Positions 59,325 to 64,000 of a DNA stretch of 64,000 nucleotides are shown piece by piece. Position numbers and translations under genes: made by a program. Numbering within the stretch: the first letter of the stretch is position 1; every line of letters begins with the position of its first letter. Below the pieces are notes generated by a model. That model ran no database searches. It had not been told where the DNA came from and saw only the letters and a list, made by a program, of their open reading frames with translations. The DNA comes from Terriglobia bacterium (GTDB lineage: Bacteria > Acidobacteriota > Terriglobia > JAJPHL01 > JAPKYU01). The stretch covers positions 198,738 through 262,737 of the forward strand of contig CBDBKE010000004.1 of assembly GCA_965206645.1 (NCBI GenBank), written 5' to 3'.

Positions 59325-60670
59325 TCCTCCCCAAGGCCCGGCCTCCTCAAGGACCGGCTGCGGAAGAAGAAGTAAGCGGGGACGCCCAGGCCTATCATCC
59401 CTAGGCCCACCAGTGAGCGCCACCACTCCTGCTGGCGCAGGATCATCACCACCAGGGCTGCGCTGACAACCACAAACAGCGCCGGGATCACCGGGTAACC
59501 CCAAGCGCGGTAGGGCCGCGGCCACTCCGGATGCTTGCGCCGCAATACGAAGAGTGAGCCGACGCCCAGTCCGTAGAAGCACCAATTGGCAAAAATCGCG
59601 TAGGTGAACAACTGTTGGAAGGTTCCAGTCAAGCTGATCAGGGCTCCTATAATGGTTTGGACGACCACGGCGACGTGAGGACTGTAGAAGCGCGGGTGCA
59701 CGGCTGCCAACTGGCCGAACATCAACCCATCGCGCGCCATAGCGTAAGGCACGCGCGCGCCCGAGAGGATCGAGCCGTTGAGGGCGCCAAAGATGGAAAT
59801 CAAGGCCGCCAGGGCAACGGCGTCGCCACCCCACCCGCCGAACAAGCGCCGCGCCACATCGCCGGCCACCCGATCCGAGGCGGCCACCTCGGCCGCGGGT
59901 AGGACATAGAAGTAGGCCAGGTTGGTCAGAAGATAGAGCAGTCCTACGGCCACGGTTCCCAGCAGCAGCGAGCGGGGAATGTTCTTTTGTGGGTCGGCCA
60001 CTTCGCCCCCGGCCAGGTTCAGGTCATTCCACCCCTGGTAGGCCCACAGCGCGGCCACCAGAGCCAACACGAAACCGCTGACGGGCGCCTGAACGGGTAT
60101 CGAGGTGCGTAGGTGACTCCATTGGGCGTCTCCCCACTCGGCTCCGAAGACCAATGCGGCCAGCACCAGGGCCAGCAGCAAGGCTACCTTCAGGACGGTA
60201 AAGAAGGTTTGTACAGCGCCACCGGCGCGGACGCCGAAGTAGTTTACGGCCCCGAGCACGGCAAGTACTACAACTGCAACTACTTTTAAATGAAGGGAAG
60301 GGAAGAGAATTGTCAAGTACAAGGCGAATGCTGTCGCCAGCGTCGCCATCGCCGCCGTTGTCATCACCAGAAACTTCGTCCAGCCGTAGAGGAAGCCCCA
60401 CATCCGGCCGTAGGCCTCCCGCAGATAGACGTAGTCGCCGCCCGAGTGCGGCAGCATCGCCCCCAGCTCGGCGTAGGCCAGCGCCCCGCTGAGCGAGAGC
60501 AGGCCGACAAAGATCCACACCAGGAAGACCGCTTCCGGCGTTCCCACGCCGCGCATCATCGAGCTGGAAACCAGGAAGATACCGCTGCCAACGATGTTGC
60601 CTACGACCAACGAAGCGGCACCCCAAACACCCAGGCCGCGTACCAGCTCGCTATTGGACTTAGGCAGCAT
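59321..60670 (-). CDS. APC family amino acid permease
   Basis: VVGNIVGSGIF, YAELGAM..SGGDYVYL and ALWAYQGW motifs. Confidence 0.92.
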   Translation of the reverse strand: MLPKSNSELVRGLGVWGAASLVVGNIVGSGIFLVSSSMMRGVGTPEAVFLVWIFVGLLSLSGALAYAELGAMLPHSGGDYVYLREAYGRMWGFLYGWTKFLVMTTAAMATLATAFALYLTILFPSLHLKVVAVVVLAVLGAVNYFGVRAGGAVQTFFTVLKVALLLALVLAALVFGAEWGDAQWSHLRTSIPVQAPVSGFVLALVAALWAYQGWNDLNLAGGEVADPQKNIPRSLLLGTVAVGLLYLLTNLAYFYVLPAAEVAASDRVAGDVARRLFGGWGGDAVALAALISIFGALNGSILSGARVPYAMARDGLMFGQLAAVHPRFYSPHVAVVVQTIIGALISLTGTFQQLFTYAIFANWCFYGLGVGSLFVLRRKHPEWPRPYRAWGYPVIPALFVVVSAALVVMILRQQEWWRSLVGLGMIGLGVPAYFFFRSRSLRRPGLGEE

Positions 60671-62132
60671 CGGTGCCTGTTGAAGGGCTTGCCAGGGCAG
60701 GAGTCCAAGGCAAGCTGGCCAGGTAGCCCACGGAAAAGGTGACGGTGGTTCCGATCAGCACGTACCAAGTCCAGGCGATTGGGGTCCACTGCCACACGTA
60801 GATCATCACCGCCAGCCCGGCGACCATGCCTATGATGGAGCCGTTCTCGTTCGCGCGCCGCGTCAGCACGCCTAGCATGAAAGTGCCCAGCAGAGAGCCG
60901 AAGGCGACCGACGCAATGCTCAGTCCCATTTCGAATACCGAGGTGCGCCACTGGGCGGCGGCCATGGCAATCCCAATCAGGATGACGCCCCACAGCAGCG
61001 TGGCCGCCCGCGAGGCTCTCAGGTAGTGCGCCTCGCTGCGGCCGGGCGCCAGGTGCGCCCGGTAGAAGTCCACCACCGAGGTAGAGGCCAGCGCGTTCAG
61101 CGCGGCGCTCAGGTTGGCCATGGCGGCCGCCAGAATGGCGGCCACCACCAGGCCGGCTAGCACCGGCGGGAAATGTTCGGCGATGAAGATGGGGAAGATG
61201 GCGTCGGGGCGCGGGAAGGGCTGCGCCGGCGGAAAATGCTGGTAGTAGGCGAACAGCATGACCCCGATCACCAGGAACAGGGCGAACTGGAAGAAGATGA
61301 CCACCCAGCTTGCGAACAAGGCCCGGCGGCTCTCCCGCTCGTCGCGAGCGGCCAGCAACCGCTGCACCATTAACTGATCGGTACCGTGGCTGGCCGTGGT
61401 CAGAAACATTCCGCCCAGGATGCCTGCCCAGAAGGTGTAGGTCTTGGTAACGGAGAAGGTGAAATCAAAGACCCCCAACTTGTTGCCGTGCTCGCTGGCC
61501 AGCGCCACGACCTCGCTCCAGCCGCCGGGCACCAATTGGAGCAGCATCCAAAAGCTGAGCAGTGCGCCGGCAATGTAGATGCACATCTGGATGACTTCGG
61601 TCCAGATGACAGCGGTCAGGCCGCCTTCGAAGGTGTAGAACAGCGTCAGCGCCGTGATGAGTAACACCGAGGCCAGCTCCCCTGTGCCGAGAACCACGCC
61701 CACCAGGATGGCGATAGCAAACACGCGCACTCCTTCGGCCACGCTCCGGATCACCAGGAAGGCGGCGGCGGTGACGAGCTTCAGCCGCGGGCCAAAGCGC
61801 CGCTCGATCAGCTGGTAAGCGGTGAACAGCTCCCCCTTAAAGTAGTGCGGCAACAGCAACGTGCTGATGACCACCCTCGCCAGCAGGTAGCCGAACACCA
61901 CCTGGAGGAAGCCCAGGTTGCCGTAGTAGGCAATGCCCGGCGTGCCGATGATGGTCAGGATACTGGTTTCGGCCGAAACGATGGAGAGCGCGATCGCCCA
62001 CCAGGGGACAGTGCGGCCACCCAGGAAGTAGTCTTTCAGCGAATGCTGGGACTTGCGGAAGTGAGCGCCAAAGGCGGTGATGCCAAGCAGATAGACAACG
62101 ATCACCGCCAAATCCACATAGCCCAGCCTCAC
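60660..62132 (-). CDS. Sodium:solute symporter (SSS) family transporter
   Basis: DYFLGGR, SIVSAETS, YTFEGGLTAVIWT, DQLMVQRLL and AAMANLSAALNALA motifs. Confidence 0.92.
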   Translation of the reverse strand: MRLGYVDLAVIVVYLLGITAFGAHFRKSQHSLKDYFLGGRTVPWWAIALSIVSAETSILTIIGTPGIAYYGNLGFLQVVFGYLLARVVISTLLLPHYFKGELFTAYQLIERRFGPRLKLVTAAAFLVIRSVAEGVRVFAIAILVGVVLGTGELASVLLITALTLFYTFEGGLTAVIWTEVIQMCIYIAGALLSFWMLLQLVPGGWSEVVALASEHGNKLGVFDFTFSVTKTYTFWAGILGGMFLTTASHGTDQLMVQRLLAARDERESRRALFASWVVIFFQFALFLVIGVMLFAYYQHFPPAQPFPRPDAIFPIFIAEHFPPVLAGLVVAAILAAAMANLSAALNALASTSVVDFYRAHLAPGRSEAHYLRASRAATLLWGVILIGIAMAAAQWRTSVFEMGLSIASVAFGSLLGTFMLGVLTRRANENGSIIGMVAGLAVMIYVWQWTPIAWTWYVLIGTTVTFSVGYLASLPWTPALASPSTGTDAA

Positions 62133-62220
62133 GTACGCTCCTCACATGCAGAATCGGCCAAAGCAGAATCGACTACAAGCAAGATCGATGAGTGATGCTA
62201 CCACGCTGCGTCGTAACAGC

Positions 62221-62236
62221 AGCAGGCGGCGTGCCA
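62221..62236 (-). promoter_or_regulatory. Putative sigma54 (-24/-12) promoter upstream of the SSS gene
   Basis: TGGCAC-GCCGC-CTGCT, one mismatch to TGGCAC-N5-TTGCW. Confidence 0.5.
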
Positions 62237-62240
62237 CCTC

Positions 62241-62290
62241 GATTAACGTGGATTCACCTGGGATTAACGTGGATCAACCTGTGAATCAAC
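62241..62290. repeat. 21-bp tandem repeat built from 10-11 bp phased sub-units
   Basis: gattaacgtggattcacctgg / gattaacgtggatcaacctgt / gaatcaac. Confidence 0.8.
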
Positions 62291-62442
62291 CGGGCCGGCG
62301 AGCGGGGCTGGCGAACCGGCATTAGGTGTTCCGGAACTGCTCGCCTCAGTTCGCGGTTGGCAGGCCATGCATTGTGGGCGTGCAGAAAACACGGCTTCCT
62401 CAGCCGAGCTGCAAGCGAGCCGAAAAGGCCTTCCTTCGAAGT

Positions 62443-63393
62443 TCACCGGGGGGCGGTTTGGGGTTTGCGTAGCCGGCGGAAAAAGGCGCGGGCGGCTTCG
62501 ATGTCCCGGGCGATCTGAGCCTTGAGCTCTTCGGCGGAGGAGAACTTCAGCTCGTCGCGGAGCCGGTGCCAGAACACCACTTCCATCTGGCTGGCGCCGG
62601 GCGGCGGTGGCGCTTCCAGAAGAAAGCATTCTACGCGCAGTTGGTTGACGTCGAAGGTGGGGCTGTAGCCGACGTTGGTCACCGAGGTGGCGCGCTGTCC
62701 GGCGCAGATGCTTTCGGTGACGTAGATGCCGCATGCCGGTAGCAGATCGGAATAGGGCTCCAGGTTCAGCGTGGGGACGGCCTCCGTGCGACCGATGCCG
62801 CGCCCGGGCACGATCCGGCCCTGAACCGAGAAGCAGCGCCCCAGCAGGCGGTTGGCCAAACCCAGTTGCCCTTCCACAATGAGCTGGCGGAGGCGCGTAC
62901 TGCTGACCGCCTGGCCCCGTAGGCGCACCGCCGGTACCATCTTCACCGCAAATCCCGACCGCCGCCCCAGGTCCATCAACGCGTGCACGTCACCGGCCTG
63001 CCGGTGCCCAAAGCGGAAATTTCCGCCGACAATGATTTCCCTCGCGGCCAGACGCTCCGTCAGAATCTGGCGCGCAAACTGTTCCGGGGTCAGTTGCGAC
63101 AGTTCCCGGGTGAAGGGCAGTACCAGCACGCCGGCCAGGCCCGCTTGCTCCAGCAGGGCGAGTTTCATGGGCAGCGGAGTGACCAGGTGGGGCACGCGCT
63201 CGGGAGCCACAATATGGGTCGGGTGCGGATCGAAGGTGAGCAGCAACGGTGTGCCGCCAGCTTCAGTCGCCCGGCGGCAGACGATTTCCAGGATGCGCCG
63301 GTGCCCTAGATGGACCCCGTCGAAGTTGCCGATGGTGAAGACGGGATAGGACAGTCCCCCGGGAAACTCCGACAGGCTGCGCCACACCCTCAC
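62443..63393 (-). CDS. ribF: Bifunctional riboflavin kinase/FAD synthetase
   Basis: IGNFDGVHLGH, TFDPHP, GGNFRFG, SSTRLR, PTLNL, NVGYSPT and LRDELKF motifs. Confidence 0.96.
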   Translation of the reverse strand: MRVWRSLSEFPGGLSYPVFTIGNFDGVHLGHRRILEIVCRRATEAGGTPLLLTFDPHPTHIVAPERVPHLVTPLPMKLALLEQAGLAGVLVLPFTRELSQLTPEQFARQILTERLAAREIIVGGNFRFGHRQAGDVHALMDLGRRSGFAVKMVPAVRLRGQAVSSTRLRQLIVEGQLGLANRLLGRCFSVQGRIVPGRGIGRTEAVPTLNLEPYSDLLPACGIYVTESICAGQRATSVTNVGYSPTFDVNQLRVECFLLEAPPPPGASQMEVVFWHRLRDELKFSSAEELKAQIARDIEAARAFFRRLRKPQTAPR

Positions 63394-64000
63394 AGCTCGA
63401 CCTCTACCTGCAGGCCGTCGTAGCAGAGCTGGACGTGCTCCGGCAGGCTGGCGTTGGTCTCCTCATGGGCCAGGTCGTGGGCGATGTGGGTGAGGAAAGC
63501 GCGGCGCGGCGCGAGGCGAGCGACGTGCTCCAGCGCTTGCTCGACGGTGCAGTGCGTGGGGTGCGGAGCGTGGCGCAGCGCGTCCAGAAAAACCACGTCC
63601 AGGTTTTCCAGCAGCGCGTAGGAGCCCTCCGGGATCTGACCGTAGTCGGTCAGATAGGCGGCGCTGCCAAAGCGAAAGCCCAGAACCTCCATGAACCCGT
63701 GCAGCAGCGGCACCGGAATGAAGCTGGCGCCGAACAGCTCCAGCGGTCCGTCCAGCACGTGGGCCGCTACGTCCGGCACTCCCCCAAAGGGCGCGTTGCC
63801 GCTAAAGATGTAGTGGAAGGTCCGGCGGATGGACTCAATCGTCTTACGGCTGCCGTAAATGGGGACGGCACTCTTCTGGTGGAAATTGAAGGGGCGTACG
63901 TCGTCCAGCCCCAAGATGTGGTCCGCGTGGGGATGCGTGAACAGCACGGCATCAAGCCGCGAGAGGCCGGCGCGCAGGGCCTGGAAGCGGAAGTCGGGTG
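63390..64000 (-). CDS. MBL-fold metallo-hydrolase (PhnP-like), 5' end outside the window
   Basis: PDFRFQAL..LFTHPHADHILGLDD, AYLTD, LDALR..HPTH and LTHIAH motifs. Confidence 0.9.
   Translation of the reverse strand, partial: PDFRFQALRAGLSRLDAVLFTHPHADHILGLDDVRPFNFHQKSAVPIYGSRKTIESIRRTFHYIFSGNAPFGGVPDVAAHVLDGPLELFGASFIPVPLLHGFMEVLGFRFGSAAYLTDYGQIPEGSYALLENLDVVFLDALRHAPHPTHCTVEQALEHVARLAPRRAFLTHIAHDLAHEETNASLPEHVQLCYDGLQVEVEL

Noticed and set aside
58194-59834. 546-aa version of the GH18 ORF
   Set aside because: The N-terminal 170 aa overlap the APC permease in another frame; a good RBS and ATG lie at 59324.
62133-62442. FMN riboswitch near ribF
   Set aside because: The region is downstream of ribF, and no RFN consensus (AGGGC..GAAATTCCCGACCG) is present.

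Overview
64 kb of a GC-rich bacterial chromosome, most likely Acidobacteriota (inferred from tpiA-secG-tRNA-Leu synteny, TIGR03437-like fragments, a CRTAC1/ASPIC protein and a DUF1501-DUF1549/1553-PPC module). The core backbone includes rmuC, degP, an M20 peptidase, truA, pyrE, tolC, ino1, tpiA, secG, tRNA-Leu(GAG) and ribF, plus an SSS-APC-GH18 uptake block running into a split alternative complex III-like operon. An IS1380 end lies at the left edge. A decaying accessory zone (about 28.6-39.9 kb) starts with an integrase-less 6.1 kb island at tRNA-Leu, which holds an IS3 element inserted in nupC and several gene fragments. The most unusual signal is a recurrent local copy-paste pattern. Two single genes sit between diverged direct repeats that copy the upstream gene 3' end and the intergenic or promoter region. 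Three neighbouring genes carry short locally templated lesions: a 31-nt two-template insertion in ethD, a 27-nt insertion in a methyltransferase, and a 48-nt inversion in an Nramp-like gene. A 35-nt junction copy and a 179-bp tandem duplication fit the same pattern. Two CTAG-bounded MITE/REP-like elements are also present. No CRISPR array, rRNA or integrase was found. All family assignments come from motif recognition by eye, not database searches.
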